A DNA stretch of 64,000 nt. Source: an uncultured Eubacteriales bacterium (lineage in GTDB: Bacteria; Bacillota; Clostridia; Christensenellales; CAG-138). Where the stretch lies: positions 21,111 through 85,110 of the forward strand of contig ONNZ01000002.1 of the NCBI GenBank assembly GCA_900319345.1, written 5' to 3'. This document shows, piece after piece, positions 18,504-28,798 of this stretch (positions within the stretch are counted from its first letter, which is position 1; the number at the start of each line of letters is the position of its first letter). Under the pieces are notes generated by a model. The model was not told the origin of the DNA and ran no database searches. It saw nothing but the letters and a program-made list of their open reading frames with translations. The position numbers were made by a program, and so were the translations under genes.

Positions 18504-18577
18504 ATATATGCTTTTTTCGGATGAACCCCCCACACGCATGCGCTCGCCGGTTTTCCTCCCGGCGAACGCTGCGTCCT

Positions 18578-18654
18578 TGGCGCGTCTGCAGGGATTCGAA
18601 CCCTGGACCTACGGCTTAGAAGGCCGTTGCTCTATCCTGCTGAGCTACAGGCGC
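18578..18654 (-). tRNA. tRNA-Arg (anticodon TCT), CCA encoded
   Basis: gcgcctgtagctcagcaggatagagcaacggccttTCTaagccgtaggtccagggttcgaatccctgcagacgcgcca. Confidence 0.92.
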
Positions 18655-18675
18655 ATTCAGGAGTTCCAGTCACAC

Positions 18676-18704
18676 ATTTTAACAAGGAATGGAGCTCCTG
18701 TCAA
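18676..18704 (-). promoter_or_regulatory. SigA promoter of the tRNA array
   Basis: Minus strand: TTGACA (18704..18699), 17 nt, TAAAAT (18681..18676), about 20 nt upstream of tRNA-Arg. Confidence 0.7.
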
Positions 18705-18728
18705 CATATTTTTAGAAAAGATGATACC

Positions 18729-19235
<507 letters not shown>

Positions 19236-19262
19236 GTTTCGTCTCCTTTTTCAAAAATCGGT

Positions 19263-19754
19263 TTATTGTAAAACAAATCTATCCTTTAGGCAAGCATTTT
19301 TCTCCACCGTAGCGCCCAGATCCTTATTCCACAGCAGGTAGGCCCCCTCCCCCGTGTCCTCGTAGTACCGCTTGCGAAAGCCTTCCTTCGTAAAATCGAA
19401 GCTGTAATAGAGGCTTTGGGCCACCTGGTTGGTCTCCCGGACCTCCAGCGTCATCCGTTCGGCGCCGTACCCCTGGGCCTTGACCATCATGCCGTAGAGC
19501 AGATACCGGCCCAGATGCTTTCCCCGGCTCTCCGGCGCGATGGCGATGTTGGTGATATGGGCCTCGTCGAAGAGCACCCACATGCCGCCGTAGCCCACGA
19601 TCCGCCCCTCCTCCTCCGCTACCAGGTAGCGGGCCACGCTGTTGTGGAGCTCCCCCAGCAGGGAGAGCTTGGACCAGGGGGACCGGAAGCTCTGGACCTC
19701 GATCTCGTAGACCCGGGCGATGTCCCGCTTGGTCATGGGCCGGACCGTCATCAT
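19263..19754 (-). CDS. rimI: Ribosomal-protein-alanine N-acetyltransferase
   Basis: GNAT fold. It follows tsaE-tsaB and overlaps the tsaB stop; N-terminus MMTVRPMTKRDIARVYEIEVQSF. Confidence 0.85.
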   Translation of the reverse strand: MMTVRPMTKRDIARVYEIEVQSFRSPWSKLSLLGELHNSVARYLVAEEEGRIVGYGGMWVLFDEAHITNIAIAPESRGKHLGRYLLYGMMVKAQGYGAERMTLEVRETNQVAQSLYYSFDFTKEGFRKRYYEDTGEGAYLLWNKDLGATVEKNACLKDRFVLQ

Positions 19755-20353
19755 GCCTGTTGCTTCCTTTCCGCCTGGGAGGGTCTTAGATACAGGAGAC
19801 TGGCCGTCCTCTCCCCCGTCCGCTTCGCGGCCATGCGGGCGATGCTGCCCGCCAGGGGCAAGGCCCCGTCGGCCCCGGGGAAGCCCGTGCCGGTCAGGAT
19901 CACGTTCTCCGGCAGCCGCTCCAAAAAGGGACCGATCTCCATGGCACAGGGGGGGATCAGCGCCGCGCCGTTGGAGGCGTAGAGGGCCCCGTAGCCGTTG
20001 CCGTTCCGGGCGTCGATGACGGCGGCCACGGGCCTGTCGCCGCCCAGCAGCGGATAAGCGAGGGCCGCAAGGGCGTTCACGGACACGATGGGCAAACCCA
20101 AGGCCAGAGCCATAGCGTTGCCGTGGCAGACGCCGATGCGGACCCCCGTGAAGGAGCCGGGGCCCACGTCCACGGCGAGGGCGGTGAGGTCGGCCGGGGC
20201 CAACCCCGCTTCCGCCAGCAGCTGGTCCACCGCGGGCATGACGGTCTCCTCGTGTCGGAGGGGGCTTTCGATCCGCTTCTCGAAGCAGCCGCCGTCCGTC
20301 AGCAGGGCCACCGAGGCCACCCGATCCGTGGTTTCCAGGGCAAGGATGTTCAT
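19751..20353 (-). CDS. tsaB: tRNA threonylcarbamoyladenosine biosynthesis protein TsaB
   Basis: I trimmed the start to the ATG at 20353 (MNILALETTDRVASVALL...GPGSFTGVRIGV). Confidence 0.88.
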   Translation of the reverse strand: MNILALETTDRVASVALLTDGGCFEKRIESPLRHEETVMPAVDQLLAEAGLAPADLTALAVDVGPGSFTGVRIGVCHGNAMALALGLPIVSVNALAALAYPLLGGDRPVAAVIDARNGNGYGALYASNGAALIPPCAMEIGPFLERLPENVILTGTGFPGADGALPLAGSIARMAAKRTGERTASLLYLRPSQAERKQQA

Positions 20354-20793
20354 AGCGCTTTCACCAGTCCTTCGTAGCTCGTTCCATGGGGCGTCAGGCG
20401 CACGGTCCTGGGATCGGCGCCGCTGCCCACGATCTCTATATCCAGCCGTTCCCGGGGCAGGGCCAGGGGCACCCGGTCCGCCCACTCCATGAGGATCAGG
20501 CCGCCCCGGTCCAGGTAATCTTCAAAGCCCATGGCGTACAGCTCGTCCTCGTCCGCCAGCCGATAGGCGTCGAAATGGAAGAGGGGCGGCACGGTGGGGT
20601 ACTCCTGGACGATGGTGAAGGTGGGGCTGCTCAAATGATCGAGGCCCAAAGCCTTGCCGGCGCCCCGGCAGAGGACGGTTTTCCCCGCCCCCAAATCGCC
20701 GTATAAGGCCACGAAGCCCCCCTGGGGCAGGGCACGGGCGACGCGCGCCCCCAGGGCCTCCATCTCCCATTCGGTTTTCAGCGTCAGCTCCAT
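20350..20793 (-). CDS. tsaE: tRNA threonylcarbamoyladenosine biosynthesis ATPase TsaE
   Basis: I trimmed the start to the ATG at 20793. GDLGAGKTVLCRG and SPTFTIVQEY are present; 147 aa. Confidence 0.9.
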   Translation of the reverse strand: MELTLKTEWEMEALGARVARALPQGGFVALYGDLGAGKTVLCRGAGKALGLDHLSSPTFTIVQEYPTVPPLFHFDAYRLADEDELYAMGFEDYLDRGGLILMEWADRVPLALPRERLDIEIVGSGADPRTVRLTPHGTSYEGLVKAL

Positions 20794-21908
20794 CAGAACA
20801 GCTTGACCTCCAAAAGCTCCCGGGCGAAGTCCCCGAACCGGTCCTCCGCGATGGCCCGGCGGATGTCCGCCATGAGCCGCACGGAGAAGCGGATGTTGTG
20901 CATGGTGATGAGGGTGCCGGACAATATCTCCTCTGCCTTGATGAGGTGGCGGATGTAGGCCCGGGAGAAGTTCCGGCAGGCGTAGCAGTCGCACCCCTCC
21001 TCGATGGGGGCGAAGTCCTCGGCATAGGTCTGGTTCCGCAGCATGATCCGCCCCTTTCGGGTCAAAGCGAGGCCGTTGCGGGCCGCCCGGGTCTGGAGCA
21101 CGCAGTCGAACATGTCCACGCCCCGGAGCACGCCCTCGATGAGGCAGTCGGGGCTGCCCACGCCCATGAGGTACCGGGGCTTGTTCTCCGGCATGTAGGG
21201 CCGGATGGCGTCCAGCATCTCGTACATCTTCTCCTTGGGCTCGCCCACGGACAAGCCCCCGATGCCGTAACCGGGGAAGTCCATGGCCGCCAGGGTCTTG
21301 GCGCTCTCGATCCGCAAGTCCTCATAGACGCAGCCCTGGACGATACCGAACAACGCTTGGTCGGGCCGGGTGTGGACCTCCTTGCAGCGCTCCGCCCAGC
21401 GGTGGGTACGATCCATGGCCTTCACGGCGTAGCGGTAGTCCGCGGTGCCGGGGGCGCACTCGTCGAAGCACATGGCGATATCCGCCCCCAGGGCCTGCTC
21501 CACGGCCATGACGCTCTCGGGGGTGAACAGGTGCTTGCTGCCGTCGATATGGGACCTAAACAGCACGCCGTCCTCGTGGATGTCCTTCTTCTTGGCCAGG
21601 GAGAAGACCTGGAAGCCGCCGCTGTCCGTCAGAATGGGCCGATCCCAGTGCATAAATTTATGAAGCCCCCCCGCCTGCTCCACCAGCTTGTGGCCTGGAC
21701 GCAGGTACAGGTGGTAGGTGTTGGACAGGAGGATGGACGCCCCCGTCTCCTCCACGTCCCGGGGCGTCATGGCCTTCACCGTGGCCTGGGTGCCCACGGG
21801 CATGTACACGGGGGTGTCGATGTCCCCGTGGGGGGTGTGGAGGCGGCCCAGGCGGGCCCCGGTCTGCCTGTCCACGTGAAGCACTTCAAACTTGAAATTC
21901 TCGTTCAT
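20793..21908 (-). CDS. tgt: Queuine tRNA-ribosyltransferase
   Basis: I trimmed the start to the ATG at 21908 ([13 protein letters not shown]), which has an AAAGGTGA RBS. Zn site CDCYAC...H; 371 aa. Confidence 0.95.
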   Translation of the reverse strand: MNENFKFEVLHVDRQTGARLGRLHTPHGDIDTPVYMPVGTQATVKAMTPRDVEETGASILLSNTYHLYLRPGHKLVEQAGGLHKFMHWDRPILTDSGGFQVFSLAKKKDIHEDGVLFRSHIDGSKHLFTPESVMAVEQALGADIAMCFDECAPGTADYRYAVKAMDRTHRWAERCKEVHTRPDQALFGIVQGCVYEDLRIESAKTLAAMDFPGYGIGGLSVGEPKEKMYEMLDAIRPYMPENKPRYLMGVGSPDCLIEGVLRGVDMFDCVLQTRAARNGLALTRKGRIMLRNQTYAEDFAPIEEGCDCYACRNFSRAYIRHLIKAEEILSGTLITMHNIRFSVRLMADIRRAIAEDRFGDFARELLEVKLF

Positions 21909-21918
21909 ATCGTCACCT

Positions 21919-22944
21919 TTACTCAAACAGGCAGGCGTCGCCGAAGCTGAAGAAGCGGTAGCGCTCCTTCACGGCGTGTTCGTATACCCGCAGGACCTCC
22001 TCCCGACCCACGAAGGCGGAGACCAGCATGAGGAGGGTACTCTCCGGCAGGTGGAAGTTGGTGATGAGGGCGTCCACGGCCTTGTAGCGGTAGCCGGGGG
22101 TGATGTAGATACCGGTGTAGCCGCTGCCGGGATGAACGATGCCGTCCTCGGTGGCCACGCTCTCCAGCGTGCGGACGGAGGTGGTGCCCACGCAGACGAT
22201 CCGGCCCCCCGCCGCCCGAGCGTCGTTGATGACCTTGGCGGCTTCCTCGGTGACCCGGTAGAACTCCTGGTGCATTTGATGATCCTCGATGTTCTCCTCG
22301 CTGACGGGCCGGAAGGTGCCGAGACCCACGTGCAGGAGGACGTCCACGATCTTCACGCCCTTGGCCGCGATCTGCTGCAAGAGCTCCGGGGTGAAGTGGA
22401 GCCCGGCAGTGGGGGCGGCGGCGCTGCCCCGGGTCACGGCGTAGACGGTCTGATACCGCTCCTTGTCCGCCAGGCGCTCCGTGATGTAGGGCGGCAGAGG
22501 CATCTGCCCCGCCCGATCCAGCACCTCCTCGAAGATGCCGGAATACAGGAGCTCCACCCGCTTGCCCCCGTCCATGGGGGCATCCCCCAGGACCTTCACG
22601 GAAAGCTCGGGCGTCACCTCATAGACCGTGCCCGTCTTGGCCCTTTTGGCGGGCTTGCAGAGGCACTCCCAGGTATCCCCCTCCAACCGGCTCAGGAGCA
22701 GGAACTCCATGGTGCCGCCGGTCTCGGGCCGATGGCCGATGAGCCGGGCGGGGATGACCCGGGTGTTGTTCCGCACCAGCACGTCCCCGGGGTGCAGGCG
22801 TTGGAGCACGTCCGTGAACACCCCGTCGGTGATGGACCCGTCGCCCCGGTTGTAGATGAGGAGCCTGGACTGGCTCCGCACGGGAGCCGGGGTCTGGGCG
22901 ATCAGCTCCTTGGGCAGGTCGTAGTAAAAGTCGCTTGTCTTCAA
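21919..22944 (-). CDS. queA: S-adenosylmethionine:tRNA ribosyltransferase-isomerase
   Basis: (M)[19 protein letters not shown]... The start codon is TTG at 22944, with AGAGGTG upstream. Confidence 0.95.
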   Translation of the reverse strand: MKTSDFYYDLPKELIAQTPAPVRSQSRLLIYNRGDGSITDGVFTDVLQRLHPGDVLVRNNTRVIPARLIGHRPETGGTMEFLLLSRLEGDTWECLCKPAKRAKTGTVYEVTPELSVKVLGDAPMDGGKRVELLYSGIFEEVLDRAGQMPLPPYITERLADKERYQTVYAVTRGSAAAPTAGLHFTPELLQQIAAKGVKIVDVLLHVGLGTFRPVSEENIEDHQMHQEFYRVTEEAAKVINDARAAGGRIVCVGTTSVRTLESVATEDGIVHPGSGYTGIYITPGYRYKAVDALITNFHLPESTLLMLVSAFVGREEVLRVYEHAVKERYRFFSFGDACLFE

Positions 22945-22973
22945 AACGCACCTCTGAAAACAGATTCTTCCCT

Positions 22974-23002
22974 ATTATACATAGCCAACCCCTTCGGCGC
23001 AA
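22974..23002 (-). promoter_or_regulatory. Candidate SigA promoter for queA-tgt
   Basis: Minus strand: TTGCGC (23002..22997), 17 nt, TATAAT (22979..22974). Confidence 0.5.
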
Positions 23003-23050
23003 CAGCAAAAAGTGTTCATTTTCCACAGGCTTCCCTTTTTATTCCGTTGG

Positions 23051-23059
23051 TGGTATACT
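23051..23059 (+). promoter_or_regulatory. Extended -10 element (TGgTATACT) only 10 nt upstream of the DUF1538 ATG
   Basis: tggtatact at 23051..23059. No Shine-Dalgarno sequence lies between it and the ATG at 23070. The -35 is weak (ttccct). Confidence 0.4.
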
Positions 23060-23069
23060 TTTATATAGT

Positions 23070-24602
23070 ATGAACGAATTCAACAAACAGCGTGCCATGA
23101 TCGCGAACAAGGTGCAGGAGAGCATCACCTCGGTGCTGCCCATCCTCTGCATCGTGTGTTTGCTGTGCCTGTTCGTGACACCGCTGCCCACGGGGCACAT
23201 GCTATCCTTCCTGGTGGGGTCCCTGTTTGTGGTGGCGGGCATGGGTCTTTTTACCGTAGGCGCGGAGAGTTCCATGACCCCCATCGGCGGCAGGATCGGG
23301 TCTGCGTTGACCAAGTCCAAGAACCTGCCCCTCATCCTGGTCATCAGCTTCCTTCTGGGCGTGGCGGTCACCGTCTCGGAGCCCGATTTGCAGGTCCTTG
23401 CTAACTCCGTCCCCCACATTGAGACGGTGGTGCTGCTCATCGTGGTTGGCGTGGGCGTGGGGCTGTTCCTGGCCCTCGCCATGTTCCGCATCATCACCGG
23501 CGTCAAGCTCCGGTATCTGCTGCTGGGGCTCTACGGGCTGGTGTTCCTGCTCTGCTTCTTCGTGGATAAAAGCTTCCTGTCCATAGCCTTCGACTCTGGC
23601 GGCGTGACCACGGGACCCATGACCGTGCCCTTTATCCTGGCCATGGGCGTGGGCGTCAGCCACATCCGCAGCGACAGCAACGCGGAGTCAGACAGCTTCG
23701 GTTTGGTGTCATTGTGCTCCATCGGCCCCATCCTGGCGGTGCTGGTTTTGAGTCTCTTTTACGGTCAGGGCGAGGGGACTGTGTCCACCGCCGCCACGGT
23801 CCACGAGACCACCACGGAACTGGGGTATTCCTATCTGTTCGCTTTGCCTGACTACCTCAAGGAAACGGCTATCGCCCTGCTGCCCATCCTGGGCATCTTT
23901 CTGCTGTTCCAGGCCGTCTCCTTCCGCATGAACGGTCGGAGCTTCTGGAAAATCATGATGGGCATCGTGTTTACCTATCTCGGACTGGTGCTGTTTTTGA
24001 CGGGCGTCAACGTGGGCTTCGCTTCCCTGGGCAGCGTGCTGGGGGCGGCGCTCACACAAGGACCGCTTCGCTACGTGCTGGTGCCGCTTGCTATGCTGTT
24101 GGGATGGTTCATCATCTCTGCCGAGCCCGCGGTGCTGGTGCTGCAGAAGCAGATCGAGCAGGTCAGTTCCGGGGCCATTTCGGGCCGATCCATCAAATTG
24201 GGATTGTCCATCGCCATCGCGCTGGCCATGGGCGTGTCCATGCTGCGGGTGCTGACGGGGCTGTCGCTCCTGTACTTCCTGATCCCCGGGTACGTGCTGA
24301 GCCTGGCTCTTTCCTTCGTGGTGCCGGACATGTACACCGCCATCGCCTTCGACGCGGGCGGCGTGGCCTCCGGGCCCATGACGGCGGCCTTCATGCTCCA
24401 GTTCATGATCGGCGCCAGCAGCGCTCTTGGGGGGAACGTCCTCTCCGACGCCTTCGGGATCGTGGCCATGGTGGCCATGATGCCCCTCATCATCATCCAG
24501 CTATTGGGCGTGCGGGCCGCCATCGCCGAGAAGCGCATGGCGAAGCAAACGGAGGTCTACGGCGAGGCGGACATCATCGAGCTGTGGGAGGTGGCCCCAT
24601 GA
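23070..24602 (+). CDS. DUF1538-type polytopic membrane protein with an internal duplication
   Basis: I trimmed the start to the ATG at 23070 (MNEFNKQRAM). Two homologous halves are visible: TVSEPDLQVLANSV / ISAEPAVLVLQKQI and FDSGGVTTGPMTVPFILAMGVG / FDAGGVASGPMTAAFMLQFMIG. Confidence 0.7.
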   Translation: MNEFNKQRAMIANKVQESITSVLPILCIVCLLCLFVTPLPTGHMLSFLVGSLFVVAGMGLFTVGAESSMTPIGGRIGSALTKSKNLPLILVISFLLGVAVTVSEPDLQVLANSVPHIETVVLLIVVGVGVGLFLALAMFRIITGVKLRYLLLGLYGLVFLLCFFVDKSFLSIAFDSGGVTTGPMTVPFILAMGVGVSHIRSDSNAESDSFGLVSLCSIGPILAVLVLSLFYGQGEGTVSTAATVHETTTELGYSYLFALPDYLKETAIALLPILGIFLLFQAVSFRMNGRSFWKIMMGIVFTYLGLVLFLTGVNVGFASLGSVLGAALTQGPLRYVLVPLAMLLGWFIISAEPAVLVLQKQIEQVSSGAISGRSIKLGLSIAIALAMGVSMLRVLTGLSLLYFLIPGYVLSLALSFVVPDMYTAIAFDAGGVASGPMTAAFMLQFMIGASSALGGNVLSDAFGIVAMVAMMPLIIIQLLGVRAAIAEKRMAKQTEVYGEADIIELWEVAP

Positions 24603-25267
24603 ACTACGTACTCTCCGTCATCAACCCCTATGGGGCCAACATCATGAAGAAGATCTGCGAGGAGCTGAATCTGCCCATCGTCCTGTCCTCCCCCTGCAAG
24701 GGCACAGCCACCCGCAACATGCTGGACCTGTTGGGCATGGAATCCCGGGACCGGCGGCTGTTCATGACCGTGGCGAGCACGGAGCAGACGAAGGAGCTCA
24801 TTCAGGAACAGCGCAAGCGTTTGTATATCGATGCCCCCGGCAACGGCGTGACCCTCGGCGTACCCATCAAAAGCGTAGGAGGTGCAAAGACATTGTCATT
24901 CTTATCCAACGGGCAAAACGTGAAGGGCGCGCCCACCCTCAACTATGATTACGAACTCATCCTGGTCATCGCCAACCAAGGCGCCACGGACCAGATCATG
25001 GACGCGGCCCGCTCCGCCGGGGCTCGGGGCGGCACGGTGATCCACGGTCTCGGCACCGGCAGCAAGAACGCGGAGAAGTTTTACAAGGTCTCCATCGCCT
25101 CGGAGAAGGAGGTCATCCTCATCGTCTCCGCCGCCGATCAAAAGGCCGCCATCATGAAAGCCATCATAGAGAAAGCCGGCCCTGATACCAAGGCCGGCGC
25201 CATCACCTTCTCTTTGCCCGTCAGCGAGATCGCCGGATTCGGGATCGGGCAGCAGGCTGAGAAATAG
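24599..25267 (+). CDS. P-II-like signal-transduction protein, about 222 aa, apparently two tandem P-II-like halves
   Basis: It overlaps the DUF1538 stop as ATGA. The second half reads YELILVIANQGATDQIMDAARSAGARGGTVIHGLGTGS...KEVILIVSAADQKAAIMKAIIEKAG...GAITFSLPVSEIAG, typical of P-II-like proteins. Confidence 0.65.
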   Translation: MNYVLSVINPYGANIMKKICEELNLPIVLSSPCKGTATRNMLDLLGMESRDRRLFMTVASTEQTKELIQEQRKRLYIDAPGNGVTLGVPIKSVGGAKTLSFLSNGQNVKGAPTLNYDYELILVIANQGATDQIMDAARSAGARGGTVIHGLGTGSKNAEKFYKVSIASEKEVILIVSAADQKAAIMKAIIEKAGPDTKAGAITFSLPVSEIAGFGIGQQAEK

Positions 25268-25274
25268 AAACCGT

Positions 25275-25766
25275 TCATTTTGTTCGTCCCGTTCGGAGGA
25301 AGTGGCCCTCCTGGACGGCGGCGAAGGTGGCCACGGTGCAGGCCGGGACGGCCGAATATTTGAGTTCGATAAGCGAAAACGTCAGCGGCAGGAGGAACAG
25401 CAAGGCCCCTGCCGCTTTGTTCATGGGCGTGTGCTGGGCCACGAAGCGCTTCTGCATCACGTAGCCGGAAACGATGTTCACCGCCTTGACCAGGGCGATG
25501 ACGCCGATCCACACATACAGCCACCCGGGGACGTCCAGCACGGGCAGCAGCTTATAGAGGCATACGGCCACAAAGAGGAGGTCCGCCGCCGTGTCCAGCT
25601 TAGCGCCGAAATCGCTGGCGGTGCCGGTCCTCCGGGCCACGGGGCCGTCGATCATGTCCGATATGCCGGCAAGCAGATACAGCCCATAGAAGGGTGAAGA
25701 AAACGCCGGGCAGAACAGCAGCCCGACGCTCGCCAGTATTCGAATACCTGTGATGAGGTTCGCCAT
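25275..25766 (-). CDS. CDP-alcohol phosphatidyltransferase family protein (PgsA-like)
   Basis: I trimmed the start to the ATG at 25766 (MANLITGIRIL). The motif DGPVARRTGTASDFGAKLDTAAD matches DGxxARx8GxxxDxxxD. Confidence 0.85.
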   Translation of the reverse strand: MANLITGIRILASVGLLFCPAFSSPFYGLYLLAGISDMIDGPVARRTGTASDFGAKLDTAADLLFVAVCLYKLLPVLDVPGWLYVWIGVIALVKAVNIVSGYVMQKRFVAQHTPMNKAAGALLFLLPLTFSLIELKYSAVPACTVATFAAVQEGHFLRTGRTK

Positions 25767-25774
25767 GAAAAGGA

Positions 25775-27448
25775 TCAGCTTTCCTTCGCGCTGCGCAGCA
25801 GGTTCCGGGCGTGCTGGATGGCCAGGGGGTCGTTGACGCTGCCCATGATGCGGGCCAGCTCCGCCGGGCGCTCCTCCTCCGAGAGGGGCTTCACCGCGGA
25901 CCGGGTGCCCTCCCCCACGGTCTCCTTGTAGATATAGTACTGCTTGTCCGCCCGGGCCGCGATTTGAGCGAGGTGGGTCACGCACAGCAGCTGATGGGTC
26001 CGGGACAGCTCCTGCATCTTCCTGGCCACAGCGTTGGCGATGAGGCCGGAGATGCCCGTGTCGATCTCGTCGAAGATCAGGGTGTCGATGGCGTCCGCAT
26101 GAGACAGGGCCGCCTTGAAGGACAGCATGACCCGGGAGATCTCGCCGCCGGAGGCCACCCGGACCAGGGGCTTCTCGGGCTCGCCCTTGTTGGCGGAGAA
26201 GCGGAAGGCCACCTCGTCCACCCCGTTTTCGGACAGGGCCTCCGGGTCCACCGGCGTAAACCCGGCGGAGAAGGAGGCAAAGGGCATGCCCATGTCCTTC
26301 AAATTCGCCTCAATGGCGACTTTCAGCCGTCGGGCAGCTTCCTGCCGGCGCTGAGACAGGGCCTGTGCGTCGGCGGTGAAGGCGGCGACAGCGGCCCGCT
26401 CCGCCTGCTCCAGCTCCGCCATGCGGTCCTCGCCGCCCAAAAGCTCGGTCTGCTCCGCCCGGAGGGCGTCGGCATAGGCCAATATCTCCTGGATATCTGC
26501 CCCGTATTTGCGCTTCAATTGCTCGATCTGGAAGAGGCGGCTCTCGATCTCGTCCAGGGCGTTGGGATCGAAGGACAGGCCGTTCAAGGCGTCCCGCAGG
26601 GTGTAGGCCACGTCCTCCAGGGTATAGTAGGCTTCCTCGGTCTGCTGGGCCGCGGCCTGGTACTCCTCCCCGTATTCGCCGAGAGCCCCCAGGCAGCGCT
26701 TCGCCTCCGCGATCTGCCCAAGAGCCCCCTGCTCCTCGTAGAGGGCGTCGTAGGCGGCCTGCAGGTTCTCTTCGATGGCGGCGAAGTTCTGCAGCTGCTT
26801 CTTCTTCAGCTCCAGCTGCTCCTCCTCGCCGGGCTCCAGAGAAGCGCCGTCGATCTCCTTCAATTCGTAGGCGATCACGTCCAGGCGCCGGGCTCGCTCC
26901 TTCAGGCTGTTTTGAAGCTTCTCCCGGGCGCTGCGGGCCTCCAGGGCCGCCTTCCTTTCTTCCAGCATCCGTGTGAGCAAGCCGTCCCCGTCGCTGCTGG
27001 CGAAGGCGTCCAGCAGGCCCAGATGGGTCTTCTCGTTCAGCAGGGACTGGTGGGCATGCTGGCCGTGCATATCCACCAGCATGTCCCCCACGGTTTTCAG
27101 CTCCGCGGCGCTGACCAGGGTGCCGTTGATCCGGCAGACGCTCTTGCCGCTGGCGTACAACTCCCGGTAGAGGACCACTTCCTCCCCGTCGTACAGCTCC
27201 TGATCCAGCAGGTATTCCGCGGCGGGCGTGCCCCCCTTCACGGTGAACAGGGCTTCCACCGCCCCCTTCTGGGCGCCGGTGCGGATGCTCTCCCGATAGG
27301 CTCGCTCGCCGAGAGCCAGCCCCACCGCCTCGATGAGGATGGATTTGCCGGCGCCGGTCTCGCCCGTCAGTGCAGAAAAGCCCTCCTCGAAGTCCAGGGA
27401 GAGCTTATCGATCAATGCGATATTGGATATGGTCAGGTGCCTGAGCAC
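25775..27448 (-). CDS. recN: DNA repair protein RecN
   Basis: (M)LRHLTISNIALIDKL..., GETGAGKSI and long coiled coils; 557 aa; GTG start. Confidence 0.95.
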   Translation of the reverse strand: MLRHLTISNIALIDKLSLDFEEGFSALTGETGAGKSILIEAVGLALGERAYRESIRTGAQKGAVEALFTVKGGTPAAEYLLDQELYDGEEVVLYRELYASGKSVCRINGTLVSAAELKTVGDMLVDMHGQHAHQSLLNEKTHLGLLDAFASSDGDGLLTRMLEERKAALEARSAREKLQNSLKERARRLDVIAYELKEIDGASLEPGEEEQLELKKKQLQNFAAIEENLQAAYDALYEEQGALGQIAEAKRCLGALGEYGEEYQAAAQQTEEAYYTLEDVAYTLRDALNGLSFDPNALDEIESRLFQIEQLKRKYGADIQEILAYADALRAEQTELLGGEDRMAELEQAERAAVAAFTADAQALSQRRQEAARRLKVAIEANLKDMGMPFASFSAGFTPVDPEALSENGVDEVAFRFSANKGEPEKPLVRVASGGEISRVMLSFKAALSHADAIDTLIFDEIDTGISGLIANAVARKMQELSRTHQLLCVTHLAQIAARADKQYYIYKETVGEGTRSAVKPLSEEERPAELARIMGSVNDPLAIQHARNLLRSAKES

Positions 27449-27461
27449 GGTCTATGCTCCT

Positions 27462-27911
27462 TTACTTCATCATCTTCTGGAACCGCTTGATGATCTCAGC
27501 GGTGTTCTTGCCTTCCCGCACCGCCACGAAGATGGTGTTGTCCCCGGCGATGGACCCGGCGATCTCCGGCCACTTCAGGGAGTCGATGGCTTCGCCGGCC
27601 ACGGAGGCGCTGCCCGAGATGGTCTTGATGACGATCAGGTTCCCCGCGTTGGTGATAGACACCACGCAGTTGGAGAACAGGCGGATGAACCGCTCCTGCA
27701 GGTCGGACTCGGCCTTCTCCACGGTGGCGTACTTATAGTGGCCCTCGCTGGTCAAAACCTTGATGAGCCTCAATTCCTTGATATCCCGGGAAACGGTGGC
27801 CTGGGTCACCTGGAACCCCTGTTCGCCCAGGAGCCGAGCCAGCTCCTCCTGGGTCTCCACATCCCGTGAAGCGATGATCTTGATGATCATGGCATGTCGT
27901 TTCGTCTTCAT
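27462..27911 (-). CDS. argR: Arginine repressor
   Basis: MKTKRHAMIIKIIASRDVETQEELARLLGEQGFQVTQATVSRDIKEL; 149 aa. The position before recN matches other Firmicutes. Confidence 0.93.
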   Translation of the reverse strand: MKTKRHAMIIKIIASRDVETQEELARLLGEQGFQVTQATVSRDIKELRLIKVLTSEGHYKYATVEKAESDLQERFIRLFSNCVVSITNAGNLIVIKTISGSASVAGEAIDSLKWPEIAGSIAGDNTIFVAVREGKNTAEIIKRFQKMMK

Positions 27912-27936
27912 AGTTTCCGCCTCGTTCGTTAGAAAA

Positions 27937-28719
27937 TTACGTCAGTCGATCCTGGATGCGACTGTAAAGATCCATCTGCTCGAATCGGATAAAGGATACC
28001 CTTTCCGTAGACCCGGTGATCCTCAGGGACTCTCCCATGGACACCCGGCAGACCCGCTGGCCGTCCATGGCCGCCATGCCCTCGTCGTGCTCCACCAACT
28101 CCACCTGGCTGTCGCTGCGGACCACGATGGGCCGCACGTGCAGCTTATGGGGACAGATGGGCGTGATGACCATGGCGTCCAGCCCCTCCGGCACGATGGG
28201 TCCCCCCGCCGAAAGGTTGTAGCCCGTGGACCCGGTGGGCGTCGATACCATGACCCCGTCCGCCGATACCGTCCAGGCGCTCCTGCCGTCGATCCTGACG
28301 TCGATGTCCGTGACGCCGGAGAAGGAGAGCTTGTAGAGCACCGCGTCGTTCAAACACCGGTAGACCCGCCCCGTGCTGACCTGACAGTCCAGCATGTTGC
28401 GCTGCTCCAGCCGGTAGTCCCCGGCTTTGAGCCGCGGCAGGGCGGCTACGAATCCTTCCTCCGTCAGCTCCGTCAAAAACCCCACCCGGCCGTAGTGGAC
28501 GCCCAGGATCGGCATATGGGCGGCCATGGCCACCGGCACCTGCCGGATGATGGAGCCGTCGCCGCCGATGGCGATGACGACGCCGTCCTCCCCGGGATCG
28601 GGGGCACGCTCTTCCAGCTCAGCGCATAAAAAACCGTAGCCTGCCGCTGCATCCATCAGGCGCTTGCGGGCGTCGAATGTGGCCGGTTTTTTAGGATTCG
28701 CCGCAAAGAACAGGTACAA
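27937..28719 (-). CDS. nadK: NAD kinase
   Basis: GGDGS motif (AIGGDGSIIR). I chose the TTG at 28719 ((M)YLFFAANPKKP), which has GAGGA 6 nt upstream. The track's longer N-terminus contains a consensus promoter. Confidence 0.88.
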   Translation of the reverse strand: MYLFFAANPKKPATFDARKRLMDAAAGYGFLCAELEERAPDPGEDGVVIAIGGDGSIIRQVPVAMAAHMPILGVHYGRVGFLTELTEEGFVAALPRLKAGDYRLEQRNMLDCQVSTGRVYRCLNDAVLYKLSFSGVTDIDVRIDGRSAWTVSADGVMVSTPTGSTGYNLSAGGPIVPEGLDAMVITPICPHKLHVRPIVVRSDSQVELVEHDEGMAAMDGQRVCRVSMGESLRITGSTERVSFIRFEQMDLYSRIQDRLT

Positions 28720-28750
28720 AGCTTTATCCTCGGATGAATACTGCAGATGT

Positions 28751-28779
28751 ATTATACAGTATAGTTTCCGAAATTTCAA
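28751..28779 (-). promoter_or_regulatory. SigA promoter for nadK, between tlyA and nadK
   Basis: Minus strand: TTGAAA (28779..28774), 17 nt, TATAAT (28756..28751), with a TGt extended -10. Confidence 0.6.
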
Positions 28780-28798
28780 TACAAATATGAATAATTTT

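Noticed and set aside
18504-18577. Strong hairpin (cgctcgccgg-ttttcctc-ccggcgaacg) in the spacer between tRNA-Arg and tRNA-His, considered as a possible small RNA or terminator.
   Set aside because: It lies inside a polycistronic tRNA precursor and has no U-tract. It is most simply a processing or spacer stem. It is too short and has no support for an independent gene.
28720-28779. N-terminal extension of NAD kinase (MKFRKLYCIIHLQYSSEDKA).
   Set aside because: The extension starts at a TTG and contains a consensus TTGAAA-17-TATAAT promoter. A TTG with a GAGGA RBS at 28719 gives a normal 260-aa NadK.
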